DNA of 59,908 nucleotides, counting the filler. It is 9 parts of 9 records of this genome, joined end to end, with 100 filler letters (N's around TTAATTAATTAA, not from the genome) between each part and the next. Parts side by side here need not be neighbours in the genome. Positions count along the whole stretch, not along the records: positions 7,322 to 17,866 come from SRR31147125_42781; positions 17,967 to 24,284 come from SRR31147125_42782; 7 more parts are not named here. One strand, written 5' to 3'. The notes below the pieces were generated by a model. The model worked only from the letters and a program-made list of their open reading frames with translations, had not been told where the DNA came from and did no database searches. Positions 11,237 through 20,631 of this stretch are shown piece after piece. Made by a program: the position numbers and the translations under genes. Position 1 is the stretch's first letter. Every line of letters starts with the position of its first letter.

Positions 11237-11242
11237 GCTTTA

Positions 11243-11510
11243 TCACGATCGCTATTCACGATCGCCCGGGGAATCCGTCCCCGGGCGGAAAATTAACCAG
11301 GGCATTTGCCCCAACAGGATTGTCATAGCAATACCCTTCCCTTTTACAGCACCGGCCAGGGCAGATGCTCAAAAGCCATTTTAAACCCCGGGAAAATTCC
11401 CGGGGCGATCAGTTGTTTTTTCGGATCGCCCAGAGAATCCCTTCTCTGGGCGGGAAATAAACCGGGGCATGTGCCCCATCAGCCCTGATTATTCCCCCTT
11501 CCCTTTCAGT
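11243..11510. repeat. Cluster of three REP-like GATCGCCC hairpins inside two ~90-bp direct-repeat units
   Basis: Hairpins at 11263-11287, 11386-11410 (inverted) and 11427-11452, with shared downstream GGGCAT.TGCCCC and CCCTTCCCTTT. Confidence 0.75.
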
Positions 11511-11628
11511 GTACTCATCCTAAAGTGGACACACCACACCCATTTTATTGGAATATCTACACTTGTTGTTTTCGTTTAGTCCTTTATAAAAAGGATTGCA
11601 TCAAGATACTCATCAAAATATTGTGAAA

Positions 11629-13401
11629 ATGCCAATTATGTCAGACAAACTACATCAAAAGTATGGCAGTAAAACAAAATCGGAACCATTGGCACATTAT
11701 CTCTTCTCATATTTACGGGATTTGGGTGTAAGACATTGTTTTGGAATTCCGGGAGATTATATACTTCCCTTGTACAAAGCGCTTGAAGAAACCAGGGGCA
11801 TTGAAGCAGTTGTAGCAACCCATGAACCATGTGCTGCTTTTAGCGCCGATGCTTATGCACGACTATCCGGTCTGGGAGTCTTGCTGCTCACTTATGGTGT
11901 CGGTGGATTCAATGCCATGAATGGCATTGCCTGCGCTCACGCTGAATCTTCTCCAGTGCTGGTAATCAGTGGTGGTCCACCAACCACATCGCAAGACAAT
12001 GAAAACCTGTTTACAACCCATATTCATCATCATGTCAAACACAAAAGTTCGCAATTGCAAGCTTTTGGTCATATTGCAGAATTAGCATTGCGAATTCAAT
12101 CCAGGGAAACCGCCACGACAACCATTCGCAAAGCAGCTGCGTTTGCTATGTTGGCAAAAAAACCCGTCTATCTTGAAATACCAGTCGACCTGTTAACTTT
12201 ACCCATCCCGGTCGATTATGAAGAAATAGATGAAAAACAAGTTGACTTTGGGGCCCTGGACCAGGCAGTAGATTATTTTCTGGAACGTATAAATCTCGCT
12301 AAAAATCCCGTCATTATTGCCGGAGTCGAAATAAGTCGTTACTCATTACAGGAACCTGTTCGTTACATCATGGCAGCGCGAAACATACCACTTGCCATGA
12401 GCATTCTCGGTAAAGGCACCTTTAATGAAACCAATCCAGGTATTCTGGGTATTTATGCTGGCGTATTAAGTCAACCGATTTCGATACGAAAACCAATCGA
12501 AGATTCCGACCTGGTCATTCTTTTAGGGATGAAGGTGACAGATGTAAATTGCGGAGCATTCACCGCACACTTGCACAAAGATCGCCTTTTGATTGCTAAA
12601 AACGGATGGGTTGGCGATGCCTATAAAAGATTTTCAGGATCCATCCCAATGGTTCCTTTTGTTACGAGCCTGGCAGAAAAAATTTCACCACAAAAAAAAA
12701 TAAATGACTGGCCGCAAAAACCGGTAACACCCTCTCCACAAAATCAAACATTAATGGATCAGTATCTGGAAGTTATCAATTCAAATCTTGCAGAAAATAT
12801 CATTGTCATTGCCGATACCGGCGATTCATGCTATGGCTCCCTTTCGATGAAGATTAAAAGGGATAATGGCTATATGGCTCCCACTTTTTACAATACAATG
12901 GGATTTGCAATACCGGCTGCTCTGGGTGCCCAGCTAGCTGACCCCTCAATCAGACCACTTGTTTTAGTGGGTGACGGTGCATTTCAAATGACTGGAATGG
13001 AATTGTCGAATCTGGTTAAGCGGAATCTGAATCCGATAATCCTTCTATTCAATAACAATGGTTATGGCATGCAAAGAATGTTTGTAGAAGGTGACTTTAA
13101 TGACATCCCGCGTTGGAATTATACCCGAATAATGGATCTTGTTGGAGGAGGTAAATCGTGGACTGTCAATTCCGTTAAGGAATTGCAAACAGCTTTTCAG
13201 CAAGCCCTTAAATTCACTAACGGTCCCTCACTCATAGAGGCCATATTACCAGCGGATGATATGTCCACAATCCTGCAAACACTAAAAAAAGCGTTGCAGC
13301 GCGAAAAAAGTGATGTATGTCCAATGGAAAGTGATGGCACATCCTGCCAGCATCAGGGTCATTGCCCGTTCTGCCGCGCTTTAATATGGGAACAGACATG
13401 A
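11629..13401 (+). CDS. TPP-dependent 2-oxoacid decarboxylase (indolepyruvate/phenylpyruvate decarboxylase-like)
   Basis: FGIPGDYILP, THEPCAAFSADAYAR, TYGVGG, and the TPP motif GDGAFQMTGMEL...NNNGYG. Start codon uncertain (11596/11629/11638). Confidence 0.9.
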   Translation: MPIMSDKLHQKYGSKTKSEPLAHYLFSYLRDLGVRHCFGIPGDYILPLYKALEETRGIEAVVATHEPCAAFSADAYARLSGLGVLLLTYGVGGFNAMNGIACAHAESSPVLVISGGPPTTSQDNENLFTTHIHHHVKHKSSQLQAFGHIAELALRIQSRETATTTIRKAAAFAMLAKKPVYLEIPVDLLTLPIPVDYEEIDEKQVDFGALDQAVDYFLERINLAKNPVIIAGVEISRYSLQEPVRYIMAARNIPLAMSILGKGTFNETNPGILGIYAGVLSQPISIRKPIEDSDLVILLGMKVTDVNCGAFTAHLHKDRLLIAKNGWVGDAYKRFSGSIPMVPFVTSLAEKISPQKKINDWPQKPVTPSPQNQTLMDQYLEVINSNLAENIIVIADTGDSCYGSLSMKIKRDNGYMAPTFYNTMGFAIPAALGAQLADPSIRPLVLVGDGAFQMTGMELSNLVKRNLNPIILLFNNNGYGMQRMFVEGDFNDIPRWNYTRIMDLVGGGKSWTVNSVKELQTAFQQALKFTNGPSLIEAILPADDMSTILQTLKKALQREKSDVCPMESDGTSCQHQGHCPFCRALIWEQT

Positions 13402-13538
13402 AAAAATTCTTTTCACTTTTTTTGCAATAGACACTCGGATATTTTACATCCGAAGAGTTACTAAATATAGAGATAGTATTTAACAACAATATTTTGCGCT
13501 GGTGAATATTGGCAGGTACGTAAGGACATTTAAAAATC

Positions 13539-13562
13539 AGCCCCGATGAGTTTCACCGGGGC
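13539..13562 (-). terminator. Probable intrinsic terminator hairpin
   Basis: GCCCCGATGA-GTT-TCACCGGGGC between convergent genes, with an adjacent A-run on + (U-run on -). Confidence 0.55.
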
Positions 13563-13614
13563 AAAATTGATATCCATTTTTGGTATAAATGACACTTTTT
13601 ATTTCATGTCTTGC

Positions 13615-14421
13615 TTACATCTCGGATTCTTTTAATTCACGAATCCAAATATTTCTATAACGAACCGGGTTGCTGTGATCCTGAAGTAAAATAGGTAGTT
13701 TATCCGGATGAGCCTGGTACTGCGGTACTTTGCCAGCCGTATTTCCTAATAATTTCACATGATTCTGCACCACAACTCCATTTTGGATAACGGTGATATA
13801 GGCTGGTTGCACTAGTTTTCCGTCTTTATCAAAATGTGGTCGCTGGAATATAATATCATAACTCTGCCATTCTCCCGGGGGCCGGTTGGCATTAACAAGT
13901 GGTGGATACTGGCCATAAATAGAAGCTGCCTGACCATCGGCATAGGTCTCATTATTATAAGAATCCAAAACCTGGACTTCGTATTTGCTCATAAGGTAGA
14001 TACCGCTATTTCCCCGCCCCTGGCCTTTACCTTTTGCTGGTACAGGAGCCATCCATTCTATATGCAACTGGCAATCACCAAACTCCTGTCGCGTTCGAAT
14101 AGAACCACTCTTTTTGACCACTTGCATATATCCATTCTCTATCTTCCATTTGGCTGGTCCACCATTTCCTGTGCTCCATTTTGACAGATCAGTGCCATCA
14201 AAAAGAACAATTGCATCAGATGGTGGATCACCCGGTTTATTCTGAGTACTGTTTGTGCCGGGATCTATCACGACCGGTTTTGGTCGCGAGTTATCATGTT
14301 TTTTCCATTTCTTAGTCGGCTTGGCATAAACACTCGTTTCAAGCTCTAACAGAGTCGAACCGACTGTAATATAAATCAATGTTGCCATCAATAAACCACT
14401 AGAAACTCGTTTTTTAATCAT
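13615..14421 (-). CDS. DUF1080 / 3-keto-disaccharide hydrolase domain protein, secreted
   Basis: [54 protein letters not shown]. Signal peptide. Confidence 0.92.
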   Translation of the reverse strand: MIKKRVSSGLLMATLIYITVGSTLLELETSVYAKPTKKWKKHDNSRPKPVVIDPGTNSTQNKPGDPPSDAIVLFDGTDLSKWSTGNGGPAKWKIENGYMQVVKKSGSIRTRQEFGDCQLHIEWMAPVPAKGKGQGRGNSGIYLMSKYEVQVLDSYNNETYADGQAASIYGQYPPLVNANRPPGEWQSYDIIFQRPHFDKDGKLVQPAYITVIQNGVVVQNHVKLLGNTAGKVPQYQAHPDKLPILLQDHSNPVRYRNIWIRELKESEM

Positions 14422-14524
14422 GATAATCTCCTATGACTCATTCTGTATTACATATCTTTTGTTTATAAGTGACAATCCTGTTATGGAAGATGCTTTTCGT
14501 TTACAATGTCATTCAAGTAAATAA

Positions 14525-15547
14525 TCAAAACTGTCTGGCGGTATCAATCATTGCTTTCAAATTTTCTGAAGGAGTTTCAGCCGGTATAGCACATCCGGCG
14601 TTAAGAATAAAACGCGGCGTATCGGCAAACAGCGTTAACAGTTCCTCAGTTTTTTCGATCACGTGTTTTTTTGTACCAGTCGCCAGTACTCCAGATGGAT
14701 CAATATTACCCAAAAACACAACCTTGTCTTTTAATAGCTCATGCGCTAACCTGGAGTCTGTTTTGTAATCCAGTTCAAGACCATGTGCCCCTGTATTCAC
14801 CATATCCGTTAAAATTAAGGATGTGTCTCCACAAATGTGTAAAACATAGGGAACACCATGCTTCTCTGCTGCAGCCACAATCTGTTTTTCATAAGGAAAA
14901 GCAAATTGGCGGTACATATCCGGGGAAATCATGTCCGGACCAGCAGGACTGTCACCATTTGACACCATATGAGCCCCGGCCTCAACCATAAGATCGATGA
15001 ATTGGCTGGTCACATCCGTACAATAATCTAATAGTTGATGAACAAGATCCAGATTTTCCTCCCCCAACAGGTCCATCATCCACAAAGCGGGGGATCGCAT
15101 CAGACTGGCAAGAGAATATGGACATTGATCGCAATTACCACGTATATATATATCATTACCGAAATATTCTCTTAAAAGAGAGGTTGCCTGTAGCCAGACC
15201 TGGACCTGCTTATGATTTTGTATATTGACCGGCTTCAGTTCCCGCACCTGCTCCAGATTTTTAACCAAACCTGAAATACACCTGGCCGGCTCATTCTCAG
15301 GGTAATCGACAGGCACACCCACTGCCCCTGCCAGAGTCGCTGTATCTATATCAATTAATACGCCATCGTATTCATACTTTTCGATCGCATGTATAAAAAC
15401 ACGGGCTATGGTGTTGGGATCGTTACGATACTCCGCCATGGTCACACCATATTCGTGGGCAGCCATCATAAAATTGTGCAGCATTATAGGGATTTTATCT
15501 GATTTTTCACCATTAAATGCTGCTTTTATTCTCTCGTATCCGTTCAT
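14525..15547 (-). CDS. Uroporphyrinogen decarboxylase-fold protein, MtaA/CmuA-like methyltransferase
   Basis: ISPDMYRQFAFPY, LHICG, GNIDP and FILNAGCAIP (Zn ligands HxC...C). Confidence 0.88.
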   Translation of the reverse strand: MNGYERIKAAFNGEKSDKIPIMLHNFMMAAHEYGVTMAEYRNDPNTIARVFIHAIEKYEYDGVLIDIDTATLAGAVGVPVDYPENEPARCISGLVKNLEQVRELKPVNIQNHKQVQVWLQATSLLREYFGNDIYIRGNCDQCPYSLASLMRSPALWMMDLLGEENLDLVHQLLDYCTDVTSQFIDLMVEAGAHMVSNGDSPAGPDMISPDMYRQFAFPYEKQIVAAAEKHGVPYVLHICGDTSLILTDMVNTGAHGLELDYKTDSRLAHELLKDKVVFLGNIDPSGVLATGTKKHVIEKTEELLTLFADTPRFILNAGCAIPAETPSENLKAMIDTARQF

Positions 15548-15630
15548 AAGATTCTTAATACTATTAATAAAAATTATTCATACTAGTTCAACTACCTTTG
15601 CGATATACTTTTACCGAAGATACTCTGAAT

Positions 15631-15660
15631 GGATTCCCGCTGCGAAAATGCGGGGATGAC
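15631..15660 (-). repeat. dRS3/RPE-like palindromic repeat GTCAT[T/C]CCCG-N10-CGGGAATCC
   Basis: Reverse complement GTCATCCCCGCATTTTCGCAGCGGGAATCC, near-identical to the copy at 17839-17866. Confidence 0.75.
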
Positions 15661-15680
15661 AATCTGCAATATGGACACAT

Positions 15681-17474
15681 TTAATCAGTTTTCAAATGGG
15701 ACCATGCCTTAAAAAGGCCAAAAGTGGCAATGGAACACAGTATCGTTAACAAAGTCGCCAGTACAATCTGACCATAAATCCAGTAGCCAACAGCAAATAA
15801 TGCACTATAGACAACAAAACAGCCAAGCACCATACACAGGATTCCGACTGGCAAATCTGACTTTTCATTTGCCAGAGCTTGAAATTCTTTATCCTCGGGA
15901 ATCGCATTTGCAATAACTTTTTTCCATCCCGGACCTCCCGGACGAACAAGTTTGTAAAACTGCTGCAAGGTTTTTGCGTCTGTTGGCTTTGTTAAAAAGG
16001 TCACCACAAGCCAGGCTACTGTTGTGATGGCAACCCCTAAAACCAGCTTGGACGAACCGTCAACCGCAGGTAAGCCGGTTAAGGGATGTATAAATTCGAA
16101 ATAAAGAGCTACCAGAAAGGAAACAATCATGGCTGCGATCTCACTGTAAGCATTGATTCTCCACCAGAACCAACGTAATATATAGATCAATCCTGTTCCG
16201 GCACCCACCTGTAACAGAATTTGGAATGCTTGTAAGGAATTTTCAAGTACCAGGGCAAAAAGGGCTGCCACGACCATGAGGAGCACCGTTGAAATTCGAC
16301 CTACATTCACCAATTGCTTTTCACTGGCCTGGGGATTCATAAAACGATGATAAAAATCGTTGACAATATAAGACGACCCCCAGTTGAGTTGAGTAGATGC
16401 AGTGGACATAAATGCGGCAATCAATGAAGCCACCACCAACCCGAGAAAACCATTTGGTAACAAGGACAACATGGCCGGATAAGCCAAATCGTGCCTGACG
16501 ATATCAGGGGAGATATGAGGAAATGCAGCCCTGAGTGAAGCCAGATCCGGAAAAATTACAATGGATGCCAATGCCACGATAATCCATGGCCAGGGACGTA
16601 AGGCATAGTGGGCAACATTAAAAAACAGTGTGGCGCCAGTGGCTCCTTTTTCTGTTTTTGCAGACAGCATACGTTGAGCTATATATCCCCCGCCACCTGG
16701 TTCGGCACCCGGATACCAGACACTCCACCACTGTACGGCCAGGGGTAAAATAAACAGGGTCATCAATTCGCGCCCGTTTGAGAAATCAGGTAACAAATTA
16801 AGCTTGGAATGAACAGCCTCATTTTGTAAAAGACCGGAGAGTCCACCAATTTGTGGTAATTTTATGAGTATAATAGCAGCTCCAATGGATCCAATCATCG
16901 CTAAAATAAATTGGAAAAAATCTGTCAGGAGAATACCCCGCAATCCACCAAGAGTACTATATACGACAGTCACCACAGAGGCGATGAGTAACGTTTTGGC
17001 CGGAGACCAATGCAGCATAACAGCGCCAATTTTTATTAAAGCCAATGAAACCATGGCAATAACCATAATATTGAAAAAAATTCCGAGGTATAATGCTCGA
17101 AATCCCCTTAAAAAGGCGGCTACTTTGCCGGAATATCGAATTTCATAAAATTCCAGGTCTGTCATTATTTTTGACCGATGCCATAACTTCGCATATATAA
17201 AAACGGTCAACATACCGGTCAAAAGGAATGCCCACCAGGCCCAGTTTCCAGCTACTCCGTTTTGCCGTACAATATCGGTCACTAAATTCGGGGTATCTGT
17301 TGAAAACGTTGTGGCCACCATAGACACACCCAATAGCCACCAGGGCATATTTCGACCTGACAGAAAAAATTCCGCAGCACTTTTTCCAGCATATTTTGCC
17401 GCATAAAGGCCGATCCCCAATGAAAACACAAAAAAGGAAATAATGATCGTCCAGTCCAGAGAATTAAGAACCAT
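15681..17474 (-). CDS. Sodium:solute symporter (SSS) family protein
   Basis: EFFLSGRNMPWWLLGVSMVATTFSTDTP, GGGGYIAQRMLSAK and many TM helices. RBS GAGGAG before ATG 17474. Confidence 0.93.
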   Translation of the reverse strand: MVLNSLDWTIIISFFVFSLGIGLYAAKYAGKSAAEFFLSGRNMPWWLLGVSMVATTFSTDTPNLVTDIVRQNGVAGNWAWWAFLLTGMLTVFIYAKLWHRSKIMTDLEFYEIRYSGKVAAFLRGFRALYLGIFFNIMVIAMVSLALIKIGAVMLHWSPAKTLLIASVVTVVYSTLGGLRGILLTDFFQFILAMIGSIGAAIILIKLPQIGGLSGLLQNEAVHSKLNLLPDFSNGRELMTLFILPLAVQWWSVWYPGAEPGGGGYIAQRMLSAKTEKGATGATLFFNVAHYALRPWPWIIVALASIVIFPDLASLRAAFPHISPDIVRHDLAYPAMLSLLPNGFLGLVVASLIAAFMSTASTQLNWGSSYIVNDFYHRFMNPQASEKQLVNVGRISTVLLMVVAALFALVLENSLQAFQILLQVGAGTGLIYILRWFWWRINAYSEIAAMIVSFLVALYFEFIHPLTGLPAVDGSSKLVLGVAITTVAWLVVTFLTKPTDAKTLQQFYKLVRPGGPGWKKVIANAIPEDKEFQALANEKSDLPVGILCMVLGCFVVYSALFAVGYWIYGQIVLATLLTILCSIATFGLFKAWSHLKTD

Positions 17475-17655
17475 GGATAACTCCTCAGCGCTAGGTGAGA
17501 TTGTAGAAGATCTTTGTGATTGTTGAAGTGAATAATGTATCATTTAACATGATAAAAAGCAAGGATGAACTTTCCAGACTGGATCATTTCAGATTCTGAT
17601 TTTTCATCATCCGGACCTTACCCATAGAAATTGAATATAATCCGTCCACCACCCT

Positions 17656-17685
17656 GGATTCCCGATAGGTGCGTTCGGGAATGAC
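17656..17685 (-). repeat. dRS3/RPE-like palindromic repeat
   Basis: GGATTCCCGATAGGTGCGTTCGGGAATGAC, same ends as the 15631 copy. Confidence 0.75.
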
Positions 17686-17766
17686 ACGTCATTAGTTTGT
17701 ATTCAGTGAGTAATTTTCATGAAATAATCCGTTTAAACACTTTCTCCAGCCCCACAAAAAACTAAC

Positions 17767-17866
17767 GTCATTCCCGCATGCAACCCACACATCATTCCCG
17801 CATGCGCCCCACACATCATTCCCGCATGCGACCCCCATGTCATTCCCGCATGCTCGTAGCGGGAAT
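17767..17866 (+). repeat. Tandem array of 24-bp units (TCATTCCCGCATGC core) ending in a full palindromic copy
   Basis: Core starts at 17768, 17792, 17816 and 17840. The last unit closes with GCGGGAAT at the contig end. Confidence 0.85.
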
Positions 17867-17966
17867 NNNNNNNNNNNNNNNNNNNNNNNNNNNNNNNNNN
17901 NNNNNNNNNNTTAATTAATTAANNNNNNNNNNNNNNNNNNNNNNNNNNNNNNNNNNNNNNNNNNNN
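17867..17966. other. Artificial contig linker
   Basis: 44 N + TTAATTAATTAA + 44 N. Confidence 0.99.
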
Positions 17967-18163
17967 TTTTTTTTTGTTGTGCTAATATGAATACAATAAC
18001 GATGAGAAATAATGAATGACATAGCAAGATTAGCTATAATAAAACTCATGAAAAATGTGAAAACCAAAAAGCACACTCATAATTAATTTTCTAAAAATTG
18101 TTTTCATTAATATATTTGAAATAGCAAAGCTTCATTTCTATGACAATTCAAGATAAGTGAAGG

Positions 18164-18185
18164 TTTTGTTTGTATACAAAAAAAG
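18164..18185. promoter_or_regulatory. Palindromic operator candidate (GntR/FadR-like box)
   Basis: Perfect TTTGTATACAAA palindrome at 18169-18180 with T/A flanks, ~60 bp upstream of the operon start. Confidence 0.45.
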
Positions 18186-18241
18186 AGTTAATTGATTTAA
18201 TAAAGGGTTATTTAACGACAAATTTGGTGGGGATAGAAGAA

Positions 18242-19750
18242 ATGTCAGTTGCAGGATTGGATATTGGAAGTGGTGGATGTAAATGTACGATATTTAACGA
18301 TGACGGGAGTATTAGTGCATATGATTTTGCTGAATATAATTTGGAAAAAGGTCGTTTTGGATATATGGAATTAAATCCAAATACCGTGTGGGAAAAAGTT
18401 AAAAAAGTATGTTATACAGCAACATCGATGCATCATGGTAGTAAAATCAAGGCTTTATGCATTACCTCGTTTGGGGAGTCTGGTGCATTATTAAATAAAA
18501 AGGGTGAAGTGATTCATAACAGCATGATGTATTCTGACCCACGTGGGGAAGAACAATGTAAAAAGATTGTTGGAAAAATTGGTACAAAAGAAATCTTGCT
18601 TAGGTCTGGTCATGCACCGCATCCAATGTATAGTGCAAGCAAGTTGCTTTGGATTAAGGATAATGAACCAGATATTTATAAGAATGCAGATGTTTTTTTG
18701 CAGTATGGTGACTTTATTCTGTTTAAATTAACCGGTGAAAAGAAAGTGGATTGGTCTCTAGCATCGAGAACCATGTTGTTTAACGTTAGGGAAAAACAGT
18801 GGGATAAAGTTTTATTGGAAGAAATGGGTATTGATAAAGACATTTTACCTACACCGATAAAAGCAGGAAAGCCAATATCGACGATATCAGCGACAGCAGT
18901 AGAAATGACTGGGTTTTCAAAGGACACAATTGTATTACTTGGTGGACAGGATCAGATTGGCGCAGCGGTTGGTGCTGGTGTTTTGAAAAATGGGCAGGCT
19001 GTTAATGGAATGGGCTCTGTGGATTGTATCACACCAGTGTTCGATAGACCGATAATTAGCGATGAAATGGCCAAATCAGGATTTGCATGTGTGCCATATG
19101 TAAAAGAAGACCATTATGTAACATACGCTTTTAATTTTTCTGGTGGGTCGCTTCTTCGGTGGTATAGGGATAAATTCTGTAAAGAGGAGATTAAAAAGGC
19201 TAATGAGCGGGATACATCAGTATTCAATATGATGGAATCAAAAATGCAAAATGAACCAACAGGCATGTTGGTATTGCCGCATTGGCAAGGGGCAGCTACA
19301 CCGTATATGGATATTCATTCTGTTGGTGCGATTGTAGGTATGGATATGAACACGGATAGATATAAGCTTTATCGAGCTCTTATGGAAGGCAATGCATACG
19401 AAATGAAAATGAATATTTTGAGTTTGGCGGAAGCAGGAGTTGAAATCGACCGCTTGACCGCATGTGGCGGCGGGAGTAGATCATCAGGCTGGCTGCAAAT
19501 GAGAGCGGATATATTTAATATACCAATTGATGTTTTGGAAGTTGAAGAAGCAGGTACGTTGGGTGCAGCTGTTTTGGCTGGAAACGCATGTGGTCTTTTT
19601 AATTGTTTGCAAGATGGTGTTGATCGGTTGGTGAAAATAAAGAAGACATATGACCCGAATATGAAAATGCATCAAATTTATATGGAGCATTTTGAAAAAT
19701 ATAAAAGAATGTATAAATACATCAAAGAGATTACAAAGGAGAGTTTATGA
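18242..19750 (+). CDS. FGGY-family carbohydrate kinase
   Basis: GLDIGSGGCK, DPRGEEQC, SLASRTMLFN, GGQDQ, RALMEG, CGGGSRS.WLQMRADIF. Confidence 0.92.
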   Translation: MSVAGLDIGSGGCKCTIFNDDGSISAYDFAEYNLEKGRFGYMELNPNTVWEKVKKVCYTATSMHHGSKIKALCITSFGESGALLNKKGEVIHNSMMYSDPRGEEQCKKIVGKIGTKEILLRSGHAPHPMYSASKLLWIKDNEPDIYKNADVFLQYGDFILFKLTGEKKVDWSLASRTMLFNVREKQWDKVLLEEMGIDKDILPTPIKAGKPISTISATAVEMTGFSKDTIVLLGGQDQIGAAVGAGVLKNGQAVNGMGSVDCITPVFDRPIISDEMAKSGFACVPYVKEDHYVTYAFNFSGGSLLRWYRDKFCKEEIKKANERDTSVFNMMESKMQNEPTGMLVLPHWQGAATPYMDIHSVGAIVGMDMNTDRYKLYRALMEGNAYEMKMNILSLAEAGVEIDRLTACGGGSRSSGWLQMRADIFNIPIDVLEVEEAGTLGAAVLAGNACGLFNCLQDGVDRLVKIKKTYDPNMKMHQIYMEHFEKYKRMYKYIKEITKESL

Positions 19751-20622
19751 GTATAGTTTCAATGAAACAGCTGCTTGAATATGCGAAAGCGGAAAAATTC
19801 GCAGTTGGTAGTTATAACGCGTATGATGTAGCAACGATAAGAGGAGTGTTAACCGCAGCGGAGCAGGAAAATTCACCAGTTATATTATGTCATGCACCTG
19901 TGCATTTTAAGTTTAATTCATTGGATTCTGTTGCTAATCTGATGAAATACGAAGCTGAAAAAACTTCTGTGCCAGTTGCATTGTTGCTGGATCATGGATA
20001 TAAGGTAGAGACCTGTATAGAAGCTATAGATTTAGGATTTAATGCAGTAATGATGGATGCCTCTAGTTTGAGTTTTGAAGAAAACGTTGCACTTGTTTCG
20101 AACGTAGTAAGCGAAGCGCATCAAAGAGGATTTGATGTTGAAGCGGAACTTGGGCATGTTACGAGGCCGAAATCAGGTGGTGCGGAAGGTGAAGATGATG
20201 ATAGTGTGATTGATGATACATCACTATATACTCAGCCAGAAGAAGCGAGCAAGTTTGTTAAAACAACGAATGCGGATGCATTGGCAGTAGCTTTTGGTAC
20301 AGCGCACGGAATATATCTAAAAACACCTAAGCTGGATCTAGATAGACTGTCACAAATTAGAGAAGCGGTGGAAGTACCACTGGTGATGCATGGTGGATCA
20401 GGTCTGAGTGATCAAGATATAAAAAATGCTGTTGCAACCGGTATACAGAAAATTAACTACTATACGGGCATGGCGGTATGTGCTGGCGAGGCAGTCAAGC
20501 ACAAAGTGGTTAGCAACAATGAGAAGATTTTTTATCACAATATTATGATGGATGCTATTGCTGCGATAAAAGAAGATGTTGCACAGAGCATGAGACTATT
20601 TGGAAGTAACGGAAAGGCATAA
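19747..20622 (+). CDS. Class II ketose-1,6-bisphosphate aldolase
   Basis: LLDHG, VMMDAS, VEAELG, AVAFGTAHGIY, LVMHGGSG, KINY. Confidence 0.93.
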   Translation: MSIVSMKQLLEYAKAEKFAVGSYNAYDVATIRGVLTAAEQENSPVILCHAPVHFKFNSLDSVANLMKYEAEKTSVPVALLLDHGYKVETCIEAIDLGFNAVMMDASSLSFEENVALVSNVVSEAHQRGFDVEAELGHVTRPKSGGAEGEDDDSVIDDTSLYTQPEEASKFVKTTNADALAVAFGTAHGIYLKTPKLDLDRLSQIREAVEVPLVMHGGSGLSDQDIKNAVATGIQKINYYTGMAVCAGEAVKHKVVSNNEKIFYHNIMMDAIAAIKEDVAQSMRLFGSNGKA

Positions 20623-20631
20623 GGTGAGGGT

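Noticed and set aside
17767..17866. Possible CRISPR array
   Set aside because: The repeat core is only 14 bp with 10-nt, mutually similar spacers, and no cas genes are in the window. It fits a palindromic-repeat expansion.
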